Origin: the human T2T-CHM13v2.0 reference genome, Homo sapiens
Assembly (NCBI RefSeq): GCF_009914755.1
Contig: NC_060931.1
Direction: 5' to 3' (one strand)
Length of the DNA stretch: 64,000 nt
A program made the position numbers and the translations under genes. The notes beneath the pieces were generated by a model. The model searched no databases, was not told the origin of the DNA, and saw nothing but the letters and a program-made list of their open reading frames with translations. Below, piece by piece: positions 24,781 to 37,342 of the stretch. Positions within the stretch are counted from its first letter, which is position 1; each line of letters begins with the position of its first letter.

Positions 24781-25351
24781 GTAAGTAGTTAAGCTTAGGT
24801 CATGGCAAGTTATTCTAATGGTACGGGTGACATTTTATATAAGAGAGTGAGCTGTTCATATTAGCACTTAGGAAGCCATTGCCCTGTTCACTTCTCTCAC
24901 TGGTTGGGTTTGTGGAGAGGGATTCATTCCCATGGTTTTGGAATATTTCTAATGGGACTCTTAGAATTTCATATGCTTACATGTTTTCTGGTCCTTTTTT
25001 TCTTTTTCCTTGTCCTTTCCACCCACCATGTTTGGAGTTTCTCGTTATTGTTTTTCCTTTTTCCAATAAATAACACTGCTTTTATAATGCAATCTTTGTA
25101 CCTTTTTCTTCTCTTCCTAGGAGCCAGTAGCTTGTTGCTATCAACATTTAGTAAAATCTTGAGTTTCATTCATCTTATAACTTTATCTTTTAAAGCAAAA
25201 GCAATTAATAGGCACATAATTTGGTCTTGACTGTTTCTCTTCCTGGTTGTTTATAGTGTATTATATTTTATATATTGTATTACTATACAATTATTAAGCG
25301 GAAATCTATCTAATATACGTATAAACCAGTAGAAAAACCTTATTCCTACAG

Positions 25352-25547
25352 ATTTTTGGGCAATCCTGATCACGCTTTAGTTTATCAAAAGTATGTTGAA
25401 ATGACCACTTTGCTTGATCAATTTGAAAGTCGTATCTATAATGAATGGAAAAGTAATGTGGATGAAATCTGTGAATTCAATTTGAATCAACCCTTGGTTA
25501 AATTCAGTGCCATAAATGGTCTTCTCTGTGTCAATTTTGACCCAAAG
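25352..25547 (+). CDS. DNAH11: DNAH11 exon ~12 (196 nt; FLGNPDH...NFDPK)
   Basis: ttcctacag|A; AAG|gtaggg; restores phase 0. Confidence 0.95.
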
Positions 25548-27061
25548 GTAGGGATTTGATTTTTTAAGATGATTTATAAGTGCCCTTTTTATTATAAGCC
25601 TATTTCTGATATTTCCAGTCATTTGTAATTTACATTTGGGAAAATGTCAGAGTTGTGAGGACTGTAACTGTAAACAATTTCTTACAGGTCTTCATTGTAG
25701 AGATTTGTTTCTCAAATTCTACTAATTACTCTATTAATTTGTATTGTAATTGTTTCTTTACCACGCCACCCTCACTAGATAATGAGCCACTGAGAGTAGC
25801 ATCCGTTTCATTGCATCTTTATGCTCTATGTTTCTAGTTTAGTGTCTGGTACTTGGTGACAGTTAGTAAATGTTAGCTCAACTGAATTGAATCATTTGTC
25901 TTTGCCGGACAGTTTCTGGCTTAAATATATTCATAACATACACCAGTGTTTTAGTTAAAATTTCATCACGTAAGTTAAGATTTGGGGAATCAACAGAATA
26001 CACAGAATGAAAGACACGTCACGTTTTTGATGAGCACTGGTAGATTTTAATTTATTGTCATTTCTTTCAAAGGGACAATAAGCTTGTATATGGTAATTAA
26101 ATTGATGGTAATTTTAAAAAACATAAAACATATTAATATAAAAAATATTAAGTTAAATAATGTCCAGGATGAATATTATCTTTATTGAACAGGTCTTTTG
26201 TTAATGCATGGTAAGTCATGTAACAAAGGAAATTTCATATATTTTCTCAATTCTCATAATTTCATTACATGTTATGTAACAATGGGATTTTTGTTACCAT
26301 TTATGTATGTGTATGTGTATATAATTATACAATATGTGCATATATTTAATCAATGCTAGATGTGCATGTATATATGTATGTATATGCATTGTATATATTT
26401 TAAACAAACGATCTCCAAGTCTGGCAGCTTGCTAGATATGAGACATAAAATAAGCTTTCTTTTCTATTTACCACCATGGGTATGCTTTAGGGTAAGGGGC
26501 AAGCTTATAAGAATATCTATTTGTAATTTCCATGACAAAACACAAAATGCCTTAAACATCTAGCTGAATTTTTAGGGGATGAAGATTATACATTCACTAT
26601 TAGTGATTACCTGGAGTCTCTCATGGCAGTCAAAATGCATGCCTAGGAAGTGGGAAAGTTAGCCTCACTGAGTTGGATAAGCATACTCTGCACCCAAATT
26701 CTGATCTGTTTCCCTAAAATATGTACAGAGAATAGTTGACTTTATTTTGCTAGTAAAACTCAGCACACATACCTAAATATATGACATAGTTAACTGAGGA
26801 TTCGTTCTACTTTCTGATTTCATAAAACCAATTTATAGAAACTAATTTCTTGAGATGTTTAAGGATAATTCATATACCTTTACTATATTATGAATGTATG
26901 ATTTTTGTTTTTAAAAAGTATATGAAACAAAAGTCTATTTACCTTGATTTGGAAATATAGTAATACTTGGATAACATCTTAAGTATTTCAAGTTAAACTT
27001 GAGTTAAAATAGAATGACATTATGAAAATATGCAATAATTTTAATAATTGTATTTTAATAG

Positions 27062-27166
27062 CTAGTGGCTGTATTGAGAGAAGTGAAATATCTTTTGATG
27101 TTGAAGAAACAAGACATACCAGATTCAGCTTTAGCCATCTTCAAGAAAAGGAACACTATTTTAAAG
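27062..27166 (+). CDS. DNAH11: DNAH11 exon ~13 (105 nt; [10 protein letters not shown]...NTILK)
   Basis: ttttaatag|CTA; AAG|gtttgt. Confidence 0.95.
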
Positions 27167-27328
27167 GTTTGTGATTTTTGTTAAAAAAAAGATACTAGGG
27201 CCTATTATGAATATAAATATTTTGAATTTTAATTATTATATAGATCTATATGATATTTTTACACCTTTAAGACAGAGAAAATAGCTAACATATTTGGCAC
27301 TTTTTGTTTTGGGGTTTTCTTTGCTCAG

Positions 27329-27721
27329 TACATTGGAAATCTTGACCTTCTTGTGCAAGGGTATAATAAACTCAAACAGACGCTCCTGGAAGTTGAATAC
27401 CCTCTGATTGAAGATGAGCTGAGGGCTATTGACGAGCAGCTGACAGCAGCCACAACGTGGCTGACATGGCAGGATGACTGCTGGGGCTACATCGAGAGGG
27501 TGAGGGCAGCCACGTCCGAGTTGGAGCACAGAGTTGAGCGCACACAGAAAAACGTGAAGGTGATCCAGCAGACCATGAGGGGCTGGGCCAGGTGCGTGCT
27601 ACCTCCCAGGAGAGAGCACAGACGAGAGGCAGCCTTCACCTTGGAGGACAAGGGTGATTTGTTTACAAAAAAATACAAGTTAATCCAAGGAGATGGCTGC
27701 AAGATCCACAACTTGGTCGAG
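27329..27721 (+). CDS. DNAH11: DNAH11 exon ~14 (393 nt; YIGNLD...HNLVE)
   Basis: ctttgctcag|TAC; GAG|gtaatg; overlaps ORF 27353..27796. Confidence 0.96.
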
Positions 27722-28289
27722 GTAATGGCTTTTAACCTTTCAAGATTTATAGATCTTTTCATTGAGTTCAGAGAAGAGCAAAAATCTTTAACCTAATAAT
27801 GTGGGACTCTTTTATCAAGCCTGAAAGAGCTTTATGAATGGTATTATTAGGCATTTAAAGTGGAGGAATTTGTGTTACTTGCCTGCAATTTCTGTAGCCC
27901 TCACCACTGTCATTCCTGAGGGAAGAGATTAGAATGTGAGATGTGTTGATTAAACAGAAAGGCTAGTGATAGAATCTTTATCTTGTCACAGTTGCATCCT
28001 CTTTTGGATGCTCCTTATAGCTACCACTGTTTGTTGACTGCCTCGTATGTGCCAAACAAACAACTTCCTTAGGTCATCTCAAGGTACCCTCTCAACCATC
28101 TCCTAAGGGTGGCAACAATAATTACTCTCCTTTTAACAAAGATTTGAGTTCCTAAAACAGTAACAGGCACTCATCTAGGCTTGTGAATGCAAGAGAAAAC
28201 AGAAAAAAAACACACACACACACACAAAAGGCAGAAGGCAGGAAAATAAAAGCAAACAACACAATGCTCCCCTGCCAACCACCACCAAA

Positions 28290-29530
28290 TCCTTTATTTC
28301 ATGGAGCTTACACTCTAGTCAGAGGAAGTTAGCAAGAGAAAAGAACAAATAGATATGTCAGTTGTAATAGGAGCAATGATGAAAAATAGAGCAGAGCAGG
28401 TGGGATAGGGAGTCGCTTGCGGGTAGGGTGGTTGGGCAGGCCTCTTTCCTAAGATAGTATTTCTGCAGAGAACTGACAGGGAACAAAGCATATGGATATC
28501 AGGAGAAGAACATTCTGGAGAGCAAAAGTATAGACACTTTGAGGCAGGAGCAGCCTGGCCTGTTCCAGGATCAGTCAGCAAACTGAGATCAGAATTTGCA
28601 AGGGGAGTGGTAGTAGAGGGTGAGGTAGAAGATACTAATGGTACATTATGTGGGGTTAGCAGGCTGTTATGAGGACTTTGGATTTTACCGTAAGGGGAAA
28701 GAGCAGCCAGAGACTTTCTGCTCAAAGGCTTTCCCTGTGGAGGGTAAGCCACAGGCAAGCAAAGAAGTGGTTGGCAGGGAGACTCTTCAGAGCCTATGCT
28801 AATAATCCAGGTGAGAAATGATGCTGCCTTGGGTCATAGTGCTAGTGATCAAGGCAGTTCATATCCTGCAGATATTTTGATGGCAGAGCCAGCAGAATTT
28901 GCTTTGAGGAATCAGAGGAGAGAGAAGTCAAGGATGATTTCAAGGTTTTTGGTCTGAGTGATTGGACTGGACTGGGGTTGCCCTTTAATGATATGAGGAA
29001 GACTGTGGTGAGCAGATTTTGTAGCAGAAAAAAAAAGGAGGTTTGGTTTTGGACAAGTTAGTTAGAGATGCTTGTCCTAAGGGACATTTTGAGTAGACTA
29101 GAATTGCAAATGTGTCTTGTGTTCAGGGCAAAATCCAGGTAAGTAACAGAGAATTGAGATTTATGCACATATGTATGGTATTTAGAGCCATATAATTAGA
29201 TTAAGAACATGTGGGAATTGTAGATAGAAAAGAGGCCCAAAAACTAGCCTCGAAGTCCTCCCTAGGTCAGGGAGAAGAGGAAAATCCCACAGAGGATACT
29301 GAAAAAGAGAGAGTGATGCCCTGGAAACCAATAATAGAAGGGATTTCAAGGAGGAGGAAGAGCTCAACTCTGTCCCATCCTGACGTAGGACCTGAAAATA
29401 AAGACGGAGGCTAACCCTCAGATCTGGCAGCACGGAAGTCATTGGGATGAGGAGAGGTGATTTCATGTGGTGGCAGAGTGGAAGCTTGGTGGGAGTGGGC
29501 TGATGAGAGAATGGGGAAATATGAGTGGAG
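28290..29530 (-). mobile_element. L2 fragment
   Basis: ttcatggagcttacactctagt...ataatccaggtgagaaatgatg...gtcaaggatgatttcaaggtttttggtctgag. Confidence 0.7.
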
Positions 29531-30050
29531 GCAGCTGAGGAGATCCTGAGGAGCTCTGCTGTGTGGCAAACCAACAACTGGGCAGTACCTGGGGCCTGTG
29601 TATCAGGGTGGGGAGGGTTTTATTTTTAATAGTGGTTGATGTTTCAGGATGTTTGTATGTTAACTGCAGTAATCTAGGAAGGAGAAAAAATTGTTGGAAG
29701 AAAGCCATTGAGGGAAATGGGATTTAGTAAATACCTGTAGAAGGTGTCTTTAGACAGGAGCGCGGAGCATTCATCTGTAGTACAGGATGGAGGGAAGGCA
29801 AAGATAGGAATGTGGTGCTCACAGATGTGCAATGCTGATGATGGGAACATGGGGAGTTGATTTCTTGTTGTTACTATTTCTTAAGGAAAAAAGGGATAGG
29901 AATGAAAGAGCGTATTTCATGTTTCCTCTGAGCATCCTTGTTATGTGGAGTCTTCTCTATAGACCAGCACAGTCCTTAATCCATGAATACTCTCCTTTGG
30001 GCAAGGCAGACAGACCCCCTCCCCTGCCCCTGCTCCCCCCAGACACAAAA

Positions 30051-30200
30051 TCTCTCTCTCTCTAACACACACACACTCTCTTTCACACACACATACTCTT
30101 TTTCTCTGTATGTCACATACTCTCACACACAGTCTCTTCCTCTCACATATCACACACACACTCACACACACTCTTTCTCCCTCATGCACACTCTTTCATA

Positions 30201-30250
<50 letters not shown>
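30051..30250. repeat. Compound (CT)n/(CA)n microsatellite
   Basis: Alternating ct and ca runs ending in an almost pure CA tract at 30198-30247. Confidence 0.95.
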
Positions 30251-30251
<1 letters not shown>

Positions 30252-30464
30252 AAGCCATCATGAAGTAGCACAGTGTGGGGTAGGGAAAGTGTCCTTGGTA
30301 AAGGCTGGAAACCAGAGTCTTCCAGAGGCTGGGCCTGAATTTTCTCATGTGTAAAATGAAGGTCCTTGTCTCTAGGATAATTCTCAGCAGAACAAGAAAT
30401 AGATTACGGTTTTCCTGCTGGGAATTGTATGCAACCCATTATGTATCTTGTCTTTGCAGTCCAT

Positions 30465-32130
30465 CATCATTCACTTATTTGAGAAATATTTATTGTGAGC
30501 ATTGTGTGTACCCAGCACCTTTCTAGGTTTTTGAAATATGAGAGCAGAGCAGACAAAGTTCCTTGCTCTCATGGAACTTGAATCAAGTGAGGAGAGAGAC
30601 AATAAGCAGTGACATAGTAAGTCGTGCTGTGTTAGAACTGGTACGCGCTGCAGGAAAAAGATCAAATTGGAGCAGGGCAAGGGAATTCTGGAGGGTGGGG
30701 TCGAGGATGCAGTTTTAAGTAGGATGATCAGAGTAGGCCTCAACCAGAAGGTGAAATTTGAACAAAGACTTGACAGAGGTGATAGAGTCAGCCAAGTGGG
30801 CCTTTGGTGAAGAGTGTTCCAGGCAGAGGAGATAGTTTTGGGGCAGGAGATCCCTGGGCATGCTCGAGGAGGAGCAGGGAAGTAAGTGTGGGGGGAGTAG
30901 AGGGAGCTGAGTGGAGAGTTGCTGAGGTGAGGTCAGACGCTAAGCTGCGTGGTGAGGGACTGGCAGCTCAGGGGAGGCTTCATAGGCCTTTTTGCAGATT
31001 CTGGCTTTGGCTCACTCTGAGGTATGTGAAAGACACTGCAGAATTTTGAGATTTTGAGAAGGGGAGTAAATACAATCTGACTTTCATTCTAAAAGGATTT
31101 CTGGCTGTTGTGTTGAGACCCTCTGTAGGGAGGCTAGGGAAGAGGCAGGCCGACCTGGTAGGTTGCCATTCTTACTAGTAATCTAGGGGTTCCGTATGTT
31201 CAGGCTGATATAGCAAAATACTCTAAACTGAGTAGCTTTAAAACAGCAGAAATGGTTATCTCATAGTTCTGGAGGACCAGGTGCCAGCATGATCAGTTTC
31301 TGGCAAGGCCCCTCTTCTAGGTTGCAGACTGCCAACTTCTCATTGTGTCCTCACATGGAGGAAGTTCCCCTGGGCCTGTTTCATATAGGCAGTACTTTCA
31401 TTCATGAAGGCTCTGCCCTCAGGACCTAATCACCTCCTCCTAAACCCCTCCTCATAATACCATCCCCTTGGGGGTTGGGATTTTCACATTCAAATTTTGG
31501 GAGGACATAAGCATTCAGACAGTGGCACAGGCACGTAACAGATGATGGTGCTGGACCAGGGTGGTAGCAGTGAAAGTGATTAGAAGTAGTTGGATTCTGG
31601 ATATATTTTGAATTAAGTGGAGCAAACAGAGTTTCCCAAAGACTGGATGTGGAGCACGAAAGAAAGACACGTTAAAGATTATTCTACACATTTTGTCATG
31701 ATCAACTGGAAAGGTGAAGTTGCAATCTATTCAGATGGGGAAGGGTATGAGAGGAAGAGACTTAGCAGGGAAGGTCAAGATTTCAGTTTTGGGCATTTTG
31801 AATTTGAGGTGTTAATTAGCCAAGAGGAGTTGAGTGGGCTATTGGATTTACTCATTTAGAGTTAATGAGAGGGGTCCAAACTGAAAACACAAATGAAGGA
31901 GGAGTGGATGGCAATGATATTTAAGCCAGGAGACTGGATGTGATCACCGAGAACATGAGTTTAGCTAGAGAATAGAAGAAAATCAAGGACTGTTGGCTGG
32001 ACCACCATTCTTCTCTTAGGAGACCAGGGAGAAGAAGGACCAGCCAAAGATGCAGAAAAGGAAAGGCTGAGACAGTAGGAGGAAAACCAGGACAGGAAGC
32101 CGAGTGAAGAAAGGGTTCGGAGGGTAACAG
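30465..32130 (-). mobile_element. L2 (long), interrupted by MLT1A
   Basis: cattcacttatttgagaaatatttattg... matches the L2 3' end in antisense and resumes after 31527. Confidence 0.75.
31186..31527 (-). mobile_element. MLT1A-type solo LTR nested in L2
   Basis: ggctgatatagcaaaatactctaaactgagtagc...cattcagacagtggca. Confidence 0.75.
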
Positions 32131-32334
32131 ATTTTCTTACCAAAACGTAAAGTACAGTACATTTGATATGCTCTAGTGGATATGGAGAAGAAAATAAAAA
32201 GAAGTACATAATTAACATGGGTTTCAGTGTTTCTGTTGACTTCCAGTGTTTTCTAAAATTTCTAAGAAAGTTTTAATTTTCCCATCAATGACAATTTGCT
32301 AGGACAAAGACTTTGTTTCTGTCTTCTTTGAGTA

Positions 32335-32490
32335 CTGCCTGGAATAGCGTCCCAAGGCTGCCATGACAAGGTCCACAAACAGGCTGTCCTGAAATGAAAG
32401 AAGTTTATTCTCTCATAGTCTAGAGGGCTGAAGTCTGAAATCAAAGTGTGGGCAGGGCCATGCTCCCTCAGAAGGCTCTGCCAAAGTCCT
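32335..32490 (-). mobile_element. MLT1 fragment
   Basis: ggctgccatgacaaggtccacaaac...gtctgaaatcaaagtgtgggcagggccatgctccctc. Confidence 0.65.
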
Positions 32491-33559
32491 GGGTAGCCTG
32501 GAGAGAATCTCAGGGGTGTCCTGACGTGTAAAGGAGGTATTTATCTAGAAATTAATTTGTTTTTCAGCAGTATCTTAACTAAGTCATGCCGTGGACTATT
32601 TCTAGTTGTTCAATAAATGCTGTGAATTATTCTCTGACTTTTAAGACATCTCTACAACTGTTTATGTGTTAGAATCTGTCTCATAGAGGACAGATGATGG
32701 ATTACGGTTAGTTTTTTCTGTTACATTTTCTTGATAATAAAAAAATGTACTCCCCAAACTCTAAGGATTTAAACCATTAAGATATGAATCCTGATGAAAA
32801 TGCATTAAAAGTATGGCCAAGACATGACTAGAAATCATCAGAAAACAAGGTTTTGCATTGTCATCTCAGAGAAAAATGTTAGAATTTTTTGTATTAATAA
32901 ATGGATTCTCCTATTTTTGTCCTTAAGGCAAAAACTAGGAAGCTTTGAAATCACTGTTCTCAATCCAAGAATGGAAGAGAGCTTCTGCCTTGAGGGAATG
33001 TAAGCCAGCTTTAAAATGGAAATGAAATGATTATTTGTTTCCATAAGTTGGGTCTTTTAAGTGATTATTTTCCTCTTGACTTAGCACGTGATGTTGAACC
33101 TAGTTCTCAGGCTTCTGGTGAGGAACATGGTTTGGGGAAAAGCTGTAGAAATATGGCCAAGGGTGAGTCAGTTCTGCCTTTTGCATGCTGCATGTTTTCT
33201 GGCTGGTGGCATGTCAGCGAGTGGTCTGGAGTCAGAGTTAAAGATGGAGAGAAGAGAGGAGCAGGACCATGGAATATTGGGCCTGGAAGGGACCTGAGTG
33301 ATCATTCAGTTATCTAAAGCTCTCCTTTCTCTTCCTTTCGCTCCCTTTATCCGAATGTGCTGAAGATACAGCATTTCTCATCAATGTGACTGTAGTGAGG
33401 TAAACTGGATCTCTTGGTATGAAAAAGTGTGTATGACCGTGACATGATGGGAAAGGCCCTACTCTGGGAGGTCAAGAGGGCTGGTTTCTAGTCCTAGCTC
33501 AGCTATTAACTTCCTACTAGTGCGACGCTGAATGTGTATTAGGTCTTTGTTTTCATGTC

Positions 33560-33936
33560 TATGTTAGTATGTTTTCACACTGCTTTGAAAAAAAGAACTA
33601 CCTGAGACAGGGTCATTTATGAAGAAAAGAGATTTAATTGACTCGCAGTTCTAGATGGCTGGGGAGGCCTCAGGAAACTTACAATCATGGCAGAAGGCAA
33701 AGGGGAAGCAAGGTCCGTCTTACATGGTGGCAGGAGAGAGAGCAAAGGGGAAGAAACACACACTTATCAAACAACCAGATCTCATGAGAATTCTGTAATG
33801 AGAACAGCAAGCGGGGGGTTGGGGCAGGGAGTCTGCCCCCATGATTCAGTCACCTTCCACCAGGCCACTCTCCCAACACATGGAGATTACAATTCAAGTT
33901 TAGATTTGGGTGAGGACACAGAGTCAAACCGTATTA
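33560..33936 (-). mobile_element. MSTA/THE1-type solo LTR inserted into a MIR
   Basis: gaactacctgagacagggtcatttatgaagaaaagag...gacacagagtcaaaccgtatta; 5-bp TSD atgtc/atatc. Confidence 0.85.
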
Positions 33937-34745
33937 ATATCTTTAAGATGAGGAGACTTAACAAGATGGTCTCTAAGGATTTTTCTTCAGCTGTAAGATC
34001 TATACTTTTCTCTTTTAGTGCCTACAAAGGGGCCAGGGCAGCTGTGTATACTTTCCTAGGGTGTGTACTGCACAATTCCAGGGGTGCATGTCACATGATT
34101 ACACAGATGTGAATGGTTCCACCTGGCTGGTAGGCAACACAGCATTCCTGAGAAGGAGCAGTTCTTAAATTTTTTTGAGAGCTAGGGTTCTCTCATCTCT
34201 CCCCTGCCTTATTAGGATCTGTACTTACCTCTCTAGTTCTGATTCTTGCTTACAACATAACACCTTTGCATCCTGGATCATATATCCATAGTAAAGAATA
34301 ATCAAAGAAAACAGAGAGTATAGTCCACCTTACAATCAGCTCTTATTCCAGTGTCACCTTATAATCAGCTCTTATTCCAATGTCTCTTTTGCTCTGTGCT
34401 TCAGTTCCTCCCTTGGGTATCTGCCGTCTGGTCTGTATAGACCATGCAAGTTTAGCCACTCAGCCTCTCTAGAATCAACTTTGCTGCCCACCTGACCTTT
34501 TGAAACCTGTGTCTCTAGGCAAGCACACTGCGTGCTCAACCTGTAGTGGTCCTTAACCACACCTCTGTCTTCAGGTCCTATTTTGCCCCAACTGGCTTGT
34601 CCATTGTGTCGCCCAAACTCTTGGGAGACACTAAGGTGCAAGAAGCTCATATTGTTGATGCAAGAAGGGAGCTTAGAACTTCCCTAGTCCAGTGTTTTCT
34701 AAACTGGGTCTATTCCACAGGTTGCTTATCATAGATGGTATGCAA

Positions 34746-34748
34746 AAA

Positions 34749-34787
<39 letters not shown>

Positions 34788-34789
34788 AT
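34746..34789. repeat. (AAAT)~11 tetranucleotide microsatellite
   Basis: Direct reading of the sequence. Confidence 0.95.
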
Positions 34790-34818
34790 TGTGCTTAAAC
34801 AAGGTCTGAAAACATGAA

Positions 34819-35437
34819 GGTTTATTGTACAGATTATTTTATCACCCAGGTATTATGCCTAGTACCCACTGGTTATTTTTCCTGATCCTCTCCCTCCTTC
34901 CAATCCTTACCCTCCTTTAGATCCCAGTGTGTGTTGTGCCCCTCTATGTGTCCATGTGTTCTCATCATTTATTTCCCACTTAAAAGTGAGAAAATGCAGT
35001 ATTTGGTTTTCTGCTCCTGCATTAGTTTGCTGAGGATAATGGCCTCCAGCTCCATCCATGTTCCTGCAAAGGACATGATCTCGTTGTTTTTTATGGCTGC
35101 ATAGTATTCCATGTATACACGTACCACATTTTCTTTATCCAGTGTATCATTGATAGGCACTTAGGTTGATTCCATGTCTTTGCTATTGTGAATAGTGCTA
35201 TAATGAACATACATGTGTGTGTCTTTATAATAGAATGATTTATATCCCTTTTGGTGTATATCCAGTGATGGGATTGCTGGGTCAAATGATATTTCTGTTT
35301 TTGGGTCTTTGAGGAATTTCCACACTGTCTTCCACAGTGGTTGAACTAATTAACATTTCTACCAACAGTATATAAACATTCCTTTTTCTGTGCAACCTCA
35401 CCAGCATCTGTTATTTTTTGACTTTTTAATAATAGCC
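34819..35437 (-). mobile_element. Older L1PA (about L1PA13-16) fragment lacking its extreme 3' end
   Basis: cagattattttatcacccagg...gactttttaataatagcc; ORFs 34969..35160 and 35091..35285 are ORF2 C-terminal remnants. Confidence 0.85.
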
Positions 35438-35949
35438 TCAGTGGACTTTAATAGAATAGGTACATTGTGAGTCTCCAAGAATGGCATAGAGTACATAGTA
35501 CTTCACTGACTTGATAGTCTTCAGATGTTCCAGAACAGTGTTCTCTGAAGGACCAGTTTGACAGATCTCTTTATTTATACGGAAGGCCCTGGAAGGCAAA
35601 GTCTAAGGACACAGAGTTAGTGACAGAGCAAAAACTAGAGCCCAGGTCCAAAATGTCTAGAATTCACTGGGAACTAGTGTATTTCCTGTCTGTATCTGAA
35701 GATAGCAATCTTTGTAGAGAACTTTCCTTGAAACAACTTTTGAATGTATTTCATGTGTGAACTTAATGTTCTAAATTCCTGCTTAGATCTTTGACATCTA
35801 GCTTAAGGTTCTGCAACTTAGTATTTGAATGTTCCTGTCTTGTGCACAACAATGCAGTCTCTTCTTTTACAAACTATTTAAACGGAGAGTTTTAGTTTTT
35901 ATGCTAATTATTTGTTTATATTCATCCACTAATACTTGTCTGTTTCTAG

Positions 35950-36282
35950 GAAAATAGGAAGCTCTTCAAAGCCAATCCCTCTCTGGATACCTGGAAAATT
36001 TATGTAGAATTCATTGACGACATTGTGGTGGAAGGCTTTTTTCAGGCTATAATGCACGACTTAGACTTCTTTCTGAAGAATACAGAGAAACAATTGAAAC
36101 CGGCACCGTTTTTTCAAGCACAAATGATCTTGTTGCCTCCTGAGATTGTGTTTAAACCTTCCCTAGACAGAGAGGCTGGGGATGGCTTCTATGATCTTGT
36201 AGAAGAAATGTTATGCAATAGTTTTAGAATGTCTGCCCAGATGAACCGAATAGCAACACACCTGGAAATTAAAAATTATCAG
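35950..36282 (+). CDS. DNAH11: DNAH11 exon ~15 (333 nt; ENRKLFKAN...IKNYQ)
   Basis: tgtttctag|GAA; CAG|gtattt. Confidence 0.96.
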
Positions 36283-36340
36283 GTATTTTCTTAGTAAATG
36301 GGTATTTAGCTTTTATATTAATGATTCAAAAACAAATTGT

Positions 36341-36755
<415 letters not shown>

Positions 36756-36838
36756 TTACCTTGGTAATGTTATGTTGTAGATAATTGGTAAAGTAAGGTT
36801 GGTTTGAATAGTAAGTGCTGTGTTTTCCTCTCATTTAG

Positions 36839-37093
36839 AATGATATGGATAACATGTTAGGCCTGGCAGAGGTCAGGCAGGAGATCATGAACAGAGTGGT
36901 GAATGCCATCAACAAAGTCTTAGATTTCAGAAACACCCTGGAGACCCACGCTTACCTCTGGGTGGATGATCGAGCTGAGTTTATGAAGCATTTTCTCTTG
37001 TATGGCCATGCTGTGTCTTCCGATGAAATGGATGCTCATGCAAATGAAGAAATTCCCGAACAACCACCAACTCTTGAGCAATTCAAAGAACAG
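36839..37093 (+). CDS. DNAH11: DNAH11 exon ~16 (255 nt; NDMDNM...QFKEQ), GC donor
   Basis: ctcatttag|AAT; CAG|gcaagg non-canonical donor, needed to join the next exon in frame. Confidence 0.93.
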
Positions 37094-37172
37094 GCAAGGA
37101 AAACCCTTAGCATTTAATGTAGTGAAATGGCTTTTCACTGAGTTGTTCTAATTAATCTTTTTCTCACTACAG

Positions 37173-37342
37173 ATTGACATTTATGAAGCTTTGTATGTTC
37201 AAATGAGCAAATTTGAGGACTTTAGAGTGTTTGATAGTTGGTTCAAGGTGGACATGAAGCCTTTCAAAGTGAGCTTGTTAACCATAATTAAGAAATGGAG
37301 CTGGATGTTTCAGGAGCATCTTTTGAGATTTGTCATTGACAG
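37173..37342 (+). CDS. DNAH11: DNAH11 exon ~17 (170 nt; IDIYEAL...FVID)
   Basis: ctcactacag|ATT; CAG|gtagcc; ends in phase 2. Confidence 0.95.

Noticed and set aside
27236-27762. Antisense ORFs (97 and 91 aa) over exon 14
   Set aside because: Shadow ORFs of a GC-rich coding exon; no independent evidence for a gene
28315-29708. Minus-strand ORFs of 147, 131 and 81 aa
   Set aside because: They lie in decayed L2 sequence, have low-complexity S/P/L composition and show no recognisable domain
29941-30252. His/Thr- and Val/Cys-repeat ORFs
   Set aside because: Translations of a CA/CT microsatellite
33687-34112. 141-aa ORF
   Set aside because: Starts inside an MST LTR and runs into a MIR; a chance ORF
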